From the IMG/VR virus record IMGVR_UViG_3300032292_000267, positions 1 to 45,403 of that record: DNA of 45,403 bases; one strand, written 5' to 3'. Shown one piece after another: positions 14,787 through 24,929 of this stretch. The notes beneath the pieces were generated by a model. The model searched no databases, was not told the DNA's origin, and was given only the letters and a program-made list of their open reading frames with translations. The DNA is from a virus. Lineage: Duplodnaviria > Caudoviricetes. The translations under genes and the position numbers were made by a program. The stretch's first letter is position 1; each line of letters begins with the position of its first letter.

Positions 14787-15936
14787 CTTGTTTGATTCCA
14801 CCAACTACGTATGATTCTACCTCCGTTTCCTGGGGAGCCACCTGGAGTCCTTTAGATGAAATCCAGTGCTGAGTCCAAGGTAGGGGGTTATTGTTTGCTG
14901 AAATATCATATTGTGGTTTAAGTCCTATTGCCTTAAGTCTTCGGTTTGCAATCCATTCAACATATTGCTGAAGAAGTTTATCGTTCAGTCCAATCATGCT
15001 GCCATCTTTGAACAGATAATCTGCCCATTTCTTTTCTTCGTTTACAGCACGATCAAACATCTTGTAAGTCCATTCTTCTTCCTCTTTCATAATCTTTTGC
15101 ATTTCGGGATCATCACCTTCCCTCCACTTATTCAGAATATTCTGAGTAAGTGCTAGGTGCTGGTTTTCGTCTCTTGCGATGAGACTAATGATTTTAGCGG
15201 ATCCTTCCATAAGCTTAAGTTCACCAAAGGCGAAACTACAAGCAAAACTAACGTAGAACCGAATACCTTCAAGAATGTTAACGTTTGCGACTGCTCTGTA
15301 CAGTTTTCGTTTGACATCATTGAGTGTTTCTTTTGCGTTATGTGTTCCTTCAAGTCTGAACATCCAATCATTAGATGTTCCATAATTTTGTGCCGATCTG
15401 ATAAAGTCATCATATGACTCTGTAACGCTCTTAGAACGCTCCAGAATACGCTCATCTTTGATGATAGTATCAAACACTTCGCTGGGATCAGAATAAATGT
15501 TTTTGATGATATAAGTGTATGAGCGACTATGAATCATTTCCATAAATCCCCACACTTCCATACATGCTTCCAATTCAGGAAGTGAGCAGTATGGAATAAA
15601 AGCCATACCAGGTCCACGTCCCTGAACAGAATCAAGCATGATCTGGTACTTCAAATTGGAAGTATAGATATGTTTTTGCTCAGGACGAAGTGTTTGATAA
15701 TCTCCACGATCCTTCTGTAAGGATACTTCTTCAGGTCTCCAGAAATATCCTAATTGCTGAGTAGTGAGTTTTTCAAAGATAGGATACTTATATGAATCAT
15801 ATCGTTGAACCCCAAGGGGCTTACCAAAAAACATTGGTTGTTTTTTGGTATCAACTTTTTCAGTATTAAAAACTGTCATACCTTTAATTGATGTAGGTTC
15901 TTCCGTAGAAGAAATTTTAAACTGCACAGGATTCAC
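14749..15936 (-). CDS. nrdB: Ribonucleotide reductase class Ia beta subunit
   Basis: FWRPEEV, LDSVQGR, EMIHSRSY, LEGIRFYVSF, RDENQH, QVAPQE. Confidence 0.98.
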   Translation of the reverse strand: MNPVQFKISSTEEPTSIKGMTVFNTEKVDTKKQPMFFGKPLGVQRYDSYKYPIFEKLTTQQLGYFWRPEEVSLQKDRGDYQTLRPEQKHIYTSNLKYQIMLDSVQGRGPGMAFIPYCSLPELEACMEVWGFMEMIHSRSYTYIIKNIYSDPSEVFDTIIKDERILERSKSVTESYDDFIRSAQNYGTSNDWMFRLEGTHNAKETLNDVKRKLYRAVANVNILEGIRFYVSFACSFAFGELKLMEGSAKIISLIARDENQHLALTQNILNKWREGDDPEMQKIMKEEEEWTYKMFDRAVNEEKKWADYLFKDGSMIGLNDKLLQQYVEWIANRRLKAIGLKPQYDISANNNPLPWTQHWISSKGLQVAPQETEVESYVVGGIKQDVTKNTFSGFKL

Positions 15937-18211
15937 ACTCGCCCTCCTCGACTGAACTTAACTCACTTAGCAAATCCTGAAGATTGGGTTTTTCTTCTAC
16001 TACCTCATCAGTCTTAATATCGTAAGTGTTTTGGTAGTAAGAAGTTTTCCATCCCATCTTGTATGTAGTCAGAAAGTCATTTGCCATTACTGACACAGGA
16101 ACTTCATTATTTTCATAATTCTCTGGATTATAGGACCAGTTTCCAGAAATTGCTTGATCAAAGAACTTTTGCATAACTGCAACAACATTAATATACCCAG
16201 TATTGCTAGGCATATCCCAAAGAAGCGTATAATTGTTTTTAAGTGTATGATACTGGGGGACAATTTGCTTAAGAGGTCCCTTCTTTGACTTCTTAACGGA
16301 CAGGTAATCCCTAGGTGGTTCGATACCGTTGGTTGCGTTTGACACAACGGAACTGCTCTCCGATGGCATCTGTGCGGACAGTGTTGAGTGCCTAAGACCG
16401 TGCTCCAAGATGGATGCTCTAAGATTTTCCCAATCATGTTCTAAGGCAATTGCAGTAATTTCGTCCACATCTGTTTTATATGTATCAATAGGAAGAATGC
16501 CATCAGCATACTTAGTACGTCCAAAGTATTCACAATATCCCTTCTCTTTGGCAAGTTGATTAGAAGCCTTGAGTAGATAATACTGGAATGATTCCGAAAG
16601 TCCATGAACTGCGTCCCATGCTTCTTGAGAGGCATAATTAAATCCAAGCTTTGCCAAATAGTGAGCTAACCCAATAAACCCTATACCAAGCGAACGACGT
16701 GCCTTGGTGGCGATTTCTGCTGCCTTTACGGGGTATTTTTGATAGTCAATCAACTCATCCAATCCACGAACTGATAGATCACAAAGTTCCTCAAGTTCTT
16801 CATCAGACTTTACCTTTCCAACATTAATCGCTGAAAGAATACAAAGTGCAATTTCTCCTTCACCATCAATATGATGAAGAGGATCTGTTGGTAGAGTAAT
16901 CTCTTGGCAAAGATTACTCATATTTACCTTATCTTTAAATGATGAATGTGAATTGCAGTGATCGATATTCATAATATAGATGCGACCTGTCTCAGCACGT
17001 TCTTTGAGGAGACTAAGAATGAGTTCTTGTGCCTTAACAGTTTTCGACGGAATGGACGAATTGTTCTCGTATTGAACGTATAAATCGTCAAACTTGTCTG
17101 TTCCGAAAGCATCATAAAGTCCAGAGACATCATGTGGGGAGAAAAGCGTAATCTTACCGTCTTGAATAAATCTTTCATAGAACAACTTACTAATTTGAAT
17201 AGAGTAGTCCAATTTACGGACACGGTTATCTTCCGTACCCTTGTTATTTTTAAGAACTAAAATGTCTTGGATTTCTTGGTGCCAGATTGGGAAGTGGACA
17301 GTTGCTGATCCACCTCTGATGCCATTTTGAGTGCAGCATCGGACAGTTGCTTCAAACTTTTTGAGAAATGGAACAACGCCTGTATGCTGTACTTCTCCGC
17401 CTCTGATTTTACTATTGATGCCACGGATTCTACCTGCGTTGATACCAATACCCGCCCTTTGAGCAACATACCTGCCAATAGCCATGTCGCTACTGAAGAT
17501 GCTATCAAGGGTGTCATCAACATCAACAAGAACACAGCTAGCAAATTGTCGGAGTGGTGTTCGCACTCCTGCCATGATAGGTGTGGGAATGTTGATTTTG
17601 TGCTTTGAGATTGCGTCATAGTACCTCCGAACATATGACATTCTGGTTTCTTTGGGATACTCTGCAAAGATAGTCAGAGCAATCATCATGTACATAAACT
17701 GTGGAGTTTCATATACTCCACCGCCACTCCTGTCTTGCACAAGGTATTTGTCAACGACTTGACGTAAACCTGCATAAGTGAACAGATAGTCACGATCATG
17801 ATCGATATATGAATTAAATTTATCAATCTCTTCTTTTGAGTATTTGTTAAAAATATCATTATCATAAACTTCTCGATTTACACAGGCATAAATATGCTCC
17901 TCAAGATGAGGAAGTTCCTTCATCTTTCCATAAAGTTGTTTACGCACAGAAAAAAGAAGTAAACGAGCGGCAACATACTGATAATTTGGATGATCAAGAT
18001 CAATTAAATCGGAAGCAGAACGAATCAGAATTTCCTGAATTTCTGCTGTCGTAATTCCATTATAAAATTGAATGCCAGAAGTCATTTCAACTTGACTCGC
18101 AGAGACGCCAGCAAGATTCTTACATGCCTCTTCTACCATTACGTGCATTTTATCCAAATCAAGAGATTCAATATTTCCATTTCTCTTGACTACTTTTGTA
18201 CCGTTACTCAT
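15917..18211 (-). CDS. nrdA: Ribonucleotide reductase class Ia alpha subunit
   Basis: N-terminal ATP cone (VVKRNG), PTPIMAG, ASCVL, SNLCQEI, KTSYY, C-terminal CESC. Confidence 0.98.
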   Translation of the reverse strand: MSNGTKVVKRNGNIESLDLDKMHVMVEEACKNLAGVSASQVEMTSGIQFYNGITTAEIQEILIRSASDLIDLDHPNYQYVAARLLLFSVRKQLYGKMKELPHLEEHIYACVNREVYDNDIFNKYSKEEIDKFNSYIDHDRDYLFTYAGLRQVVDKYLVQDRSGGGVYETPQFMYMMIALTIFAEYPKETRMSYVRRYYDAISKHKINIPTPIMAGVRTPLRQFASCVLVDVDDTLDSIFSSDMAIGRYVAQRAGIGINAGRIRGINSKIRGGEVQHTGVVPFLKKFEATVRCCTQNGIRGGSATVHFPIWHQEIQDILVLKNNKGTEDNRVRKLDYSIQISKLFYERFIQDGKITLFSPHDVSGLYDAFGTDKFDDLYVQYENNSSIPSKTVKAQELILSLLKERAETGRIYIMNIDHCNSHSSFKDKVNMSNLCQEITLPTDPLHHIDGEGEIALCILSAINVGKVKSDEELEELCDLSVRGLDELIDYQKYPVKAAEIATKARRSLGIGFIGLAHYLAKLGFNYASQEAWDAVHGLSESFQYYLLKASNQLAKEKGYCEYFGRTKYADGILPIDTYKTDVDEITAIALEHDWENLRASILEHGLRHSTLSAQMPSESSSVVSNATNGIEPPRDYLSVKKSKKGPLKQIVPQYHTLKNNYTLLWDMPSNTGYINVVAVMQKFFDQAISGNWSYNPENYENNEVPVSVMANDFLTTYKMGWKTSYYQNTYDIKTDEVVEEKPNLQDLLSELSSVEEGECESCAV

Positions 18212-19176
18212 ATTTTCTTCCAGGTAGTAAATTTAAGTTTTGCTTCTAATCCAGAATAAGTATTTAATTCTATCACAGACTGAACATCCAGTCCAGATAG
18301 TACCATATCATTAATGTCTTTCTCTTTTATGCCAGAAGGCCAGATGACAATACTTTCTCCTTTGTCAATGGTGCGGGAGATTCTTGATACAATTTCTGAA
18401 TTTCGTGGTTCGTTATCATAGATCCAAACAGGATTGCTAATCCCCCACTTGCTAACATCAGCGTCAGCTCCACACATAGCAATCGCATTGCGAATGAATG
18501 TACTGTCAAATGGTCCTTCTGTAATGTAGACTGTGGCATCTTTTCTGACATTATCCAGTCCGTAGATTTTTGGTGCATCATCGTTAAGCATCACGGTAAT
18601 GTATTTAATCTTGCTAGATCCAAGTGCTCTACCCTGAAATCCAACAAGAGTATTTTGATAGAACAAAGGAATAATAATCCTAGGTTCATCTTTAGTGGTA
18701 TCATCGAAGACTTTCTTAATAGAATTTGTCCACGATTTAAATTTATCTGTGTAATAAAATTTATCTGGGGTTAATTCTCTTTTTATTAAGTACTCCTTTG
18801 CTTCAAAATTCTCCGATGCTTTAGGTAGATCCAATCTTGGTTTGAATTTTGGTGTTTCAAATTCAAATACTGGTTCGTCAGCGGTAAAGTTTCTGCCAGT
18901 ATGTCCTTCTTTAAATTTTTCAAAAGTATATTGTTTATGAATTGTAATATCAATTTGTTTTAAAAAATTATTAAAAGATACGTTTACTCCGCAATTATGA
19001 CATTTAAAGTTTGTATTATTTTTTACTTGATAGAGATATCCCCTTGCTTTACTTTTATTTTTTTGAGAGTCTCCACAGATTGGGCAGCGAAAGTTATAAA
19101 GATTGTTTTTTATCTTTTTAAACTTTTGAAGCCGCGCAGAAATCAAATTGATGTATTTAACATCAACATAATCCAT
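18208..19176 (-). CDS. g61: DNA primase (T4 gp61-like)
   Basis: RCPICGDS...CHNC zinc finger, TEGPFDS TOPRIM motif, DNEPRN, KDINDM. Confidence 0.95.
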   Translation of the reverse strand: MDYVDVKYINLISARLQKFKKIKNNLYNFRCPICGDSQKNKSKARGYLYQVKNNTNFKCHNCGVNVSFNNFLKQIDITIHKQYTFEKFKEGHTGRNFTADEPVFEFETPKFKPRLDLPKASENFEAKEYLIKRELTPDKFYYTDKFKSWTNSIKKVFDDTTKDEPRIIIPLFYQNTLVGFQGRALGSSKIKYITVMLNDDAPKIYGLDNVRKDATVYITEGPFDSTFIRNAIAMCGADADVSKWGISNPVWIYDNEPRNSEIVSRISRTIDKGESIVIWPSGIKEKDINDMVLSGLDVQSVIELNTYSGLEAKLKFTTWKKI

Positions 19177-19199
19177 AATCAGTTCTTAAAGGTGTACTC

Positions 19200-19227
19200 A
19201 TTCTATCAGATTACCTTGCTTTGTCAA
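19200..19227 (-). promoter_or_regulatory. Sigma70 promoter TTGACA-16-TAGAAT (extended -10) for primase-nrdA-nrdB
   Basis: Read directly from the sequence. Confidence 0.6.
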
Positions 19228-19327
19228 GGCAAAGAGATGTCATGATACCTGTCCATTTTACAACAGCGTTTGTTATTTTTTGTAGAGAATAGATGGACGG
19301 TTTCTTTTTAGTTTTCATGGCAACCAT
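19211..19327 (-). CDS. Possible 38 aa basic micro-protein
   Basis: Hand translation MVAMKTKKKPSIYSLQKITNAVVKWTGIMTSLCLDKAR; follows a late-type AATAAATA box. Confidence 0.35.
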   Translation of the reverse strand: MVAMKTKKKPSIYSLQKITNAVVKWTGIMTSLCLDKAR

Positions 19328-19341
19328 GTGCCAACGCTCAA

Positions 19342-19755
19342 TTATTTATTTTTTACTTGTTCTGCGTTTGATGTGCTATTAATAACAATATTCGTAATTA
19401 TTGGCACAAATATTAGAGAAAGAGCAACTACTCCTGCTGCCATCCATCTAAATTTAGAAAGACCTTCGACTTTTTCCTCAACCTTTTCAATTCTTTCACC
19501 AAGTTCTTTACTAATTGCTTCGTGCTGTTCTTTTGATGATACTTTAATATCTTCAATCATCTTTACAATTATATTATCTGTTCGGTTACACTGCTCAATT
19601 TTTTCATTATGGATAGCAAGCATTTGACTGATATTTTGACTTGTCTCTCCTATCTTTTGGATTGCTGTATCAATCCTTTCCATCATCTGCTCATAAACGT
19701 TAATACGCTCTTCAAGCAGTGCTATTTTTGTTTCGGTAGATGATGGTGGGAACAT
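19342..19755 (-). CDS. Coiled-coil protein with C-terminal TM helix
   Basis: Heptad-rich body followed by WMAAGVVALSLIFVPII. Confidence 0.7.
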   Translation of the reverse strand: MFPPSSTETKIALLEERINVYEQMMERIDTAIQKIGETSQNISQMLAIHNEKIEQCNRTDNIIVKMIEDIKVSSKEQHEAISKELGERIEKVEEKVEGLSKFRWMAAGVVALSLIFVPIITNIVINSTSNAEQVKNK

Positions 19756-19759
19756 TTTT

Positions 19760-19975
19760 TTATTGCGGAGGTTTCTTTTTCATCCAACGTTTGCGAGAAC
19801 CTATACCTAGAGATGCGTATTTTTTTCTTCTTGTCAATCCCATAACAGGATCAAATCCAGCGGTAGGACCTTTTGGATCTGCAGAACCACTAAATCCAGC
19901 AGCGCCTGCACTCGATCCTGTCACCATTTGCTCCCTTATGATTTCAATTAGTCTATTCAGTTTATTCTTTTCCAT
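19760..19975 (-). CDS. Hypothetical protein (possible head-associated peptide)
   Basis: 71 aa, IIRE followed by a Gly/Ala-rich and basic tail. Confidence 0.6.
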   Translation of the reverse strand: MEKNKLNRLIEIIREQMVTGSSAGAAGFSGSADPKGPTAGFDPVMGLTRRKKYASLGIGSRKRWMKKKPPQ

Positions 19976-20348
19976 TGTAAATTTTATAGAGTTCTGATAA
20001 ACATTTAAGATCTACTTGAATATGGTGAATATCCGATTTTGGATATTCTGGGAGCCTACCAAGAAATATAATAAAAGTTTTAGTAACATCCCACAATTCT
20101 TTTTCTAATTTATGAAAAAGCATTGGGGTTGTTGCTTCGCCAAAGATATTATATAAAATTATAAAATGATTTAAAACAAGATGAATTTTCAACTCACCAG
20201 TTTTTTTATAACGTTTCAATAATCTTTTTATATATTTAAAATGATTTAAATCCTTATCAAAATCTTCCCTAGTCACTGCTTGGGGATTTTCATAATTTTT
20301 AATAGCAAATAAAAGAAAATTATCTTCGTTCAATTCATGAAAAATCAT
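19962..20348 (-). CDS. Conserved T4-like phage hypothetical protein
   Basis: LNEDNFLLFAIKNYENP...DFDKDL...LNHFIILYNIFG pattern seen in large myoviruses. Confidence 0.75.
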   Translation of the reverse strand: MIFHELNEDNFLLFAIKNYENPQAVTREDFDKDLNHFKYIKRLLKRYKKTGELKIHLVLNHFIILYNIFGEATTPMLFHKLEKELWDVTKTFIIFLGRLPEYPKSDIHHIQVDLKCLSELYKIYNGKE

Positions 20349-20349
20349 A

Positions 20350-21396
20350 TTATGCAGTCACTGTTAAGGTAGTAGTACCAATACCAACTCCAGAGAATAC
20401 TGTTCCTGCACCACCAACGTTACGAATAGGATCTACTCCAAATGAAACAAAAGAACTAGTAACACCAGTGCCTCTAGAACCGTCAGTTACTACACCAACA
20501 AATCCACGAGCAACATCAATTTTGAGAACAGTAGAATTTGTACGAGTGCTAAAGTTAACAGCTGTTCCAACTCCAATTACACTTGCAACTGTAAATGCTG
20601 TTCCAACTGTAACGAAGGTGGATCCAACAGCAACAATGGGTCTGTTGGTAATAGTTGTTAATCCAACAACACTAACAGAACTTACTCCAGCAACAACTCC
20701 AGTGGTATCTGCAACGAAAAGAATTGTTCCACCAACAGAAACGGGACTATTAATCGTCGTTGATAAGAAGTTAACGTTTGCGGACAATACCGTTCCAGGA
20801 GCAGTGAAGGCAAATGCTACTCTATTAGTAATTTGTCCATTATAATTTGTATATACATCTGGAGATCCGTGAGTCGCTGCTTCTCCAACCCAAGCATACT
20901 GCGGAGCTCCAGATAGAGATGATGTCGCATAAGCTACAATTGAAGCGGACTCATTACTACCATTCGCATCAAAAGTGCGAACATTTACTGTAGCGCCAGC
21001 ACCTGCAAATACGAGTTCATTAAAAACTACATGGACGTATCCAGTTGTTCCAGTAGTAATCCCAGCAGTGCCGCCACCAGCAACAGTAATTCTCGAAGAC
21101 TTGTTTGGATCTTCAAAAAATACAACTACTGGAGCAGCAAGTCCAAGTCCAGTTGAACCACCATCACCGCCCTGTCCTGTCGTATTCAATCCAATTACAG
21201 GAACTAAAACCTCATCATAATAACCAGTAGACAATCCAGAATGTTCTGATGAATGATATCTTCTATACACCCATCCACGCACATCTGCAAAGCAGTTCCA
21301 AGGGGTGTTTTTTCTATCGTTCTCCGATAAATGCTTTGGAATAGCATAATTATTATCTGCTGTTTCAGTAGTTGTGGAAATGCCCCAGAGTGCCAT
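20350..21396 (-). CDS. Putative virion structural (beta-rich, fibre/decoration-like) protein
   Basis: MALWG start, G/T/V-rich composition with VGTA/GIGT motifs, TATAAATA late promoter upstream. Confidence 0.65.
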   Translation of the reverse strand: MALWGISTTTETADNNYAIPKHLSENDRKNTPWNCFADVRGWVYRRYHSSEHSGLSTGYYDEVLVPVIGLNTTGQGGDGGSTGLGLAAPVVVFFEDPNKSSRITVAGGGTAGITTGTTGYVHVVFNELVFAGAGATVNVRTFDANGSNESASIVAYATSSLSGAPQYAWVGEAATHGSPDVYTNYNGQITNRVAFAFTAPGTVLSANVNFLSTTINSPVSVGGTILFVADTTGVVAGVSSVSVVGLTTITNRPIVAVGSTFVTVGTAFTVASVIGVGTAVNFSTRTNSTVLKIDVARGFVGVVTDGSRGTGVTSSFVSFGVDPIRNVGGAGTVFSGVGIGTTTLTVTA

Positions 21397-21428
21397 TCTT
21401 TTTACCTTTACTAATTTAATCGTAGAAA

Positions 21429-21467
21429 TATTTATAAAAAAGGAGACGTTACTTTTTGTCTCCTTTA
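21429..21467 (-). terminator. Terminator whose T-tract runs into a T4 late promoter TATAAATA
   Basis: AAAGGAGAC..GTCTCCTTT-TTT then ATAAATA. Confidence 0.6.
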
Positions 21468-21613
21468 TGTAAAACAATTTTCAAAAAGTTAACTGTTAAA
21501 TCAAGTAATCCATTCTCCTCAAATCTTTTTGTTTTTGCCAACCACTCTGATGTAGTTAACAATAGACCAAGAACAATAGTTACTCCCCAGTTAGTTACAA
21601 AGCAAGTAATCAT
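21449..21613 (-). CDS. 54 aa membrane protein (holin-like candidate)
   Basis: Hand translation MITCFVTNWGVTIVLGLLLTTSEWLAKTKRFEENGLLDLTVNFLKIVLHKGDKK; ATGA-coupled to the upstream gene. Confidence 0.55.
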   Translation of the reverse strand: MITCFVTNWGVTIVLGLLLTTSEWLAKTKRFEENGLLDLTVNFLKIVLHKGDKK

Positions 21614-21783
21614 GCTTGTGGTGTAAAGAGTTTATTCTTTACAAGATCATAAACAACATTATCAATGCTGTTATCTGTGCTATTGACATACTTCTTGAGT
21701 AAATCAAGCACAAGATTTTTAACAGATGGATGAGTTGCAATCTGAATAAGAAGTGGTTTTACCACTGCTACTACTGCGCCCAT
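21610..21783 (-). CDS. Small amphipathic hypothetical protein
   Basis: MGAVVAVVKPLL...STDNSIDN; GGGGG ribosome-binding site and CTAAATA box upstream. Confidence 0.6.
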   Translation of the reverse strand: MGAVVAVVKPLLIQIATHPSVKNLVLDLLKKYVNSTDNSIDNVVYDLVKNKLFTPQA

Positions 21784-21820
21784 AATGCCCCCCGTAAGAG
21801 AATGTCCTAACCTATTTAGA

Positions 21821-23611
21821 TCAGTCACTCTCTAAAGGAATCTTTCCTTGTTTCTGAAGATTAAGTTTTTGTTTTTGTAATTGTTGCTGTTTTTGCTGCA
21901 TCATTTTTAAATTTGCATACTTTTGTCTTTCAAGATTAGTATCTAATGGTTTTTCTTTTGATTGAGTTTTTGGTTGAAGTTCAAGTGCTTGTTCAGATAT
22001 CTTCTTTGCCATCTTAGTAGCAGTAGCATACATCACTTCTTTACCACGACCAGGATATCTCTTTTCAAAATCTGATGCCTTATCCTTCATAGACTTTACA
22101 ATTTCTTCTTTCTTTTTGGTTTCAGCAGTAGACAATGTTTTTTCATCAATCTGCTTTACTTCCTCATTTCTTACAGATGCAAGCAAATCATCCAACTTCG
22201 ACTTTTTCTTTCTTGCAGGTGCTTTTGCTTTTGGTGTTGATGCTTTCTTTACTTTTGGTTTTGATGGAGTTGTTGCACTCCCCTCCCAAGGATCAGCAGG
22301 TTTTTCTGCTGGTTTCTTAGATGTCTTTGATGCTACTGGTGTTGATTTTGGAGTTGATGATGAACTACCACCATCCATTTTACGAGCAACATTTCTTGCT
22401 CCTCTAGATACTGCTCTTGCACCAGAAGCAACTGCTTTCTTCATACCACTCTTAAGTTTAGAACCAAGTCTAGAAAGAAGTCCTGGTTTCTTACTTTGCT
22501 GATGAGTATTTCTGTATGGTTGTGGTTTTCTGGTTCCAGAAGACGAAGAAGATTCTCTATCGGATCCTTTTCCAGCAGAATAACCTGCTTTCGCTTCTCT
22601 ACCAATTGCTTTGGCACCTCTTACAACAGCTCCAGCAGCGTGTCCTACTCCACGGGCAACTTTCTTAACAGCAGACTTAACTTTTTGAAGTCTATCACTC
22701 TTGATTTTTGTATCATGTCCATATGTTACTTTTGCTTCATTTAAGAGATCTTCAGAAAATTCGATAGATTCTAATAGAGTATTTTCTACATATTCAAGAT
22801 CATAACCTTCCTCCAAACACTCATAGAAAAATTCTTCCACAACTTCTTCAATCAAATCATCAGAAAGAAAGAAAATTTCAGTCTCTGACATTTCATCAAA
22901 AATATTATTGAGATATTCAATCTCATTAACTTCCAAAAGAGTTCCACCAAGATCTTCTACTGCCTCACCCAGATCAAGTTTAGGATTGATTACAATTTTA
23001 TTGTTGATGCTTTTTTCAGATATTTTTTGATTTTCTTTTTTACTTGTTTCTATCTTATCAACTACTTCAATTAAATCTTCTCTCCAATTTGAATACCCTT
23101 CTTTTCTTACTTCAATTGCTTTACCAATTGCTTTTCTACGTTTATTCAAATACTTATCTGATTTATCTACATCACCGTCATTATCAATATCACCATCTTC
23201 TTTCCCAACAGGATCTAATGCTTCTTTTTGAGTCGCAATTGACTTAGCAATCATTTCTCTGCGGTTCATAAGATACTTATCTTTCTTGGTATTCTTCTTA
23301 CCGTCATTATCAACATCAGAATCTTCCTTACCTACAGGATCAAGTGCTTCATCAAACTTCTTTCTAACTGCAGCAACCATATCTTTATGTGCTTTTGTTT
23401 TCTTCATATCTTCAATCGCTTTCTCATTTGCTTCACGACGCTTCTTCATATCTGTTTCTAGATGAGAAGACTCTCCCATTCTGCGCTTTTTGAACGCTGC
23501 TTTATCAAGTGGTTTTTCAACATTACCAGGTCTTACACCTTCTTCAACCTGCGAAGTTGCAACCTGCTCCAGATAAACTCTGGAAATGTCATTCAGAGGA
23601 TTGATTGCCAT
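21821..23611 (-). CDS. Large modular internal-head-like protein with two DxDNDG repeats
   Basis: Two EALDPVGKED.D.DNDG...DKYL..RR..I.K.I repeats; alternating acidic and basic blocks; late box CATAAATA upstream. Confidence 0.65.
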   Translation of the reverse strand: MAINPLNDISRVYLEQVATSQVEEGVRPGNVEKPLDKAAFKKRRMGESSHLETDMKKRREANEKAIEDMKKTKAHKDMVAAVRKKFDEALDPVGKEDSDVDNDGKKNTKKDKYLMNRREMIAKSIATQKEALDPVGKEDGDIDNDGDVDKSDKYLNKRRKAIGKAIEVRKEGYSNWREDLIEVVDKIETSKKENQKISEKSINNKIVINPKLDLGEAVEDLGGTLLEVNEIEYLNNIFDEMSETEIFFLSDDLIEEVVEEFFYECLEEGYDLEYVENTLLESIEFSEDLLNEAKVTYGHDTKIKSDRLQKVKSAVKKVARGVGHAAGAVVRGAKAIGREAKAGYSAGKGSDRESSSSSGTRKPQPYRNTHQQSKKPGLLSRLGSKLKSGMKKAVASGARAVSRGARNVARKMDGGSSSSTPKSTPVASKTSKKPAEKPADPWEGSATTPSKPKVKKASTPKAKAPARKKKSKLDDLLASVRNEEVKQIDEKTLSTAETKKKEEIVKSMKDKASDFEKRYPGRGKEVMYATATKMAKKISEQALELQPKTQSKEKPLDTNLERQKYANLKMMQQKQQQLQKQKLNLQKQGKIPLESD

Positions 23612-23616
23612 CTTAA

Positions 23617-24903
23617 TTAAGCACTTACTTTCTGTTTCTTATACTTATTTATGAAATCTAAAAATGCCCTACCACCAGTTTGAACATTTTCCTTCCCTAA
23701 AGTAGATCCCGGAGTTTGCTGTACTGCATATTTTAAATATCCAGTTGTTCCTGCCAGTGTATTTGGTTTTCCTGGCAATCTATATTTTCTATCCATCTTA
23801 ACTTCAGTGTATTCCATCACATCTTTGATCCAGGATTTAAACATATAATCCTCTTTTGTCACGCAAATTAGGTGATTTGTTCCTCTACGAATAATCTTAC
23901 CCACCAAACCAGTATTTAAATTCTCTACAATATCACCAATTTTAAAAACTTTTCCTTTAATATAATTTTCACGAAGAGTCTTTTGATCATACTTTGGAGC
24001 AATCTCCCAGAGACTATAACTTTCTTTTTTCACTTTAGATTTCTTTGCGCCCATTCCTTGACGAACTTTATCAAATAAAGTTTGAGTGTCCCCATCATCT
24101 AGTGACTTAGGAGTTCCTTTACGGAATGATTTAAAGTCATTATCAAGGACTGCTTTTCTCATCTTGGATGCAGACATTCCTTCTACACCTTCTGCATCAG
24201 CATCACGAACACCAGCTGAAACAACACGAATCAAATCAAAGTCATACAAATCTTTATTATATTTCTGAGCTAGATTTTCAAACTCTGATTGACGATCAGA
24301 ACCAACAACAATATTTACATTCACATATCCATCTTTGTCAGCATTAACAAGAACATCAAAGATAGATTTCATATCTGGATCATTGATAATTGCTTCCCCA
24401 AACTCAGGGAACATCTTTCTCATATAAGAAACCTTTGTACTCGGATCTAAAGGATTCTTTTTAGGATCTTGAGTTCTTGATGGATATACTTTCAAATTTC
24501 CACCAACAGCAATTCTCTTTGCAGACTTAAGAAGTTTTTCATGCCCAACTGTTGGGGGATTAAAACGTCCAAACACAACTGTTAAAGTGTCACCCTCTGC
24601 TTGCTCTTCCTCCGGAGATTGTGCTGCCCCTTTTGGTACTGCAGGAGCAGGTGCTTGTGCAGCCTGAGTTGCTTTTGGAGCAGGTGCCGCAGATGTTGAT
24701 TGTTTTTCTGCAGCAGGTTGCTCCACACCTTTTGGTTTTCTACCGTCAACAAAGTTAAGTTTTCCTTTATCAGTTCTCGCAACAAGTTTACCGGAACGAT
24801 CAATCCATCCACCATGACCGTCTCCAGATAATCCCAATTTTTTTGCTTGCATTGCTGCTTGCGATTGAGATGCTTCTGATAAAAAATTGAAAAAACTCTT
24901 CAT
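23617..24903 (-). CDS. Cyanophage cytidylyltransferase-like nucleotidyltransferase with a capsid-targeting-like N-terminus
   Basis: FGRFNPPTVGH, VVGSDR, SAG.RD.DA...MSASKMR; begins MKSFFNFLSE. Confidence 0.85.
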   Translation of the reverse strand: MKSFFNFLSEASQSQAAMQAKKLGLSGDGHGGWIDRSGKLVARTDKGKLNFVDGRKPKGVEQPAAEKQSTSAAPAPKATQAAQAPAPAVPKGAAQSPEEEQAEGDTLTVVFGRFNPPTVGHEKLLKSAKRIAVGGNLKVYPSRTQDPKKNPLDPSTKVSYMRKMFPEFGEAIINDPDMKSIFDVLVNADKDGYVNVNIVVGSDRQSEFENLAQKYNKDLYDFDLIRVVSAGVRDADAEGVEGMSASKMRKAVLDNDFKSFRKGTPKSLDDGDTQTLFDKVRQGMGAKKSKVKKESYSLWEIAPKYDQKTLRENYIKGKVFKIGDIVENLNTGLVGKIIRRGTNHLICVTKEDYMFKSWIKDVMEYTEVKMDRKYRLPGKPNTLAGTTGYLKYAVQQTPGSTLGKENVQTGGRAFLDFINKYKKQKVSA

Positions 24904-24929
24904 ATTTTGTTTTTATATACTTATATTTA

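Noticed and set aside
23130-23350. Repeated DNA as a possible CRISPR or mobile repeat
   Set aside because: Only two degenerate copies, both in frame and encoding the DxDNDG protein repeat; no spacer array or cas genes seen
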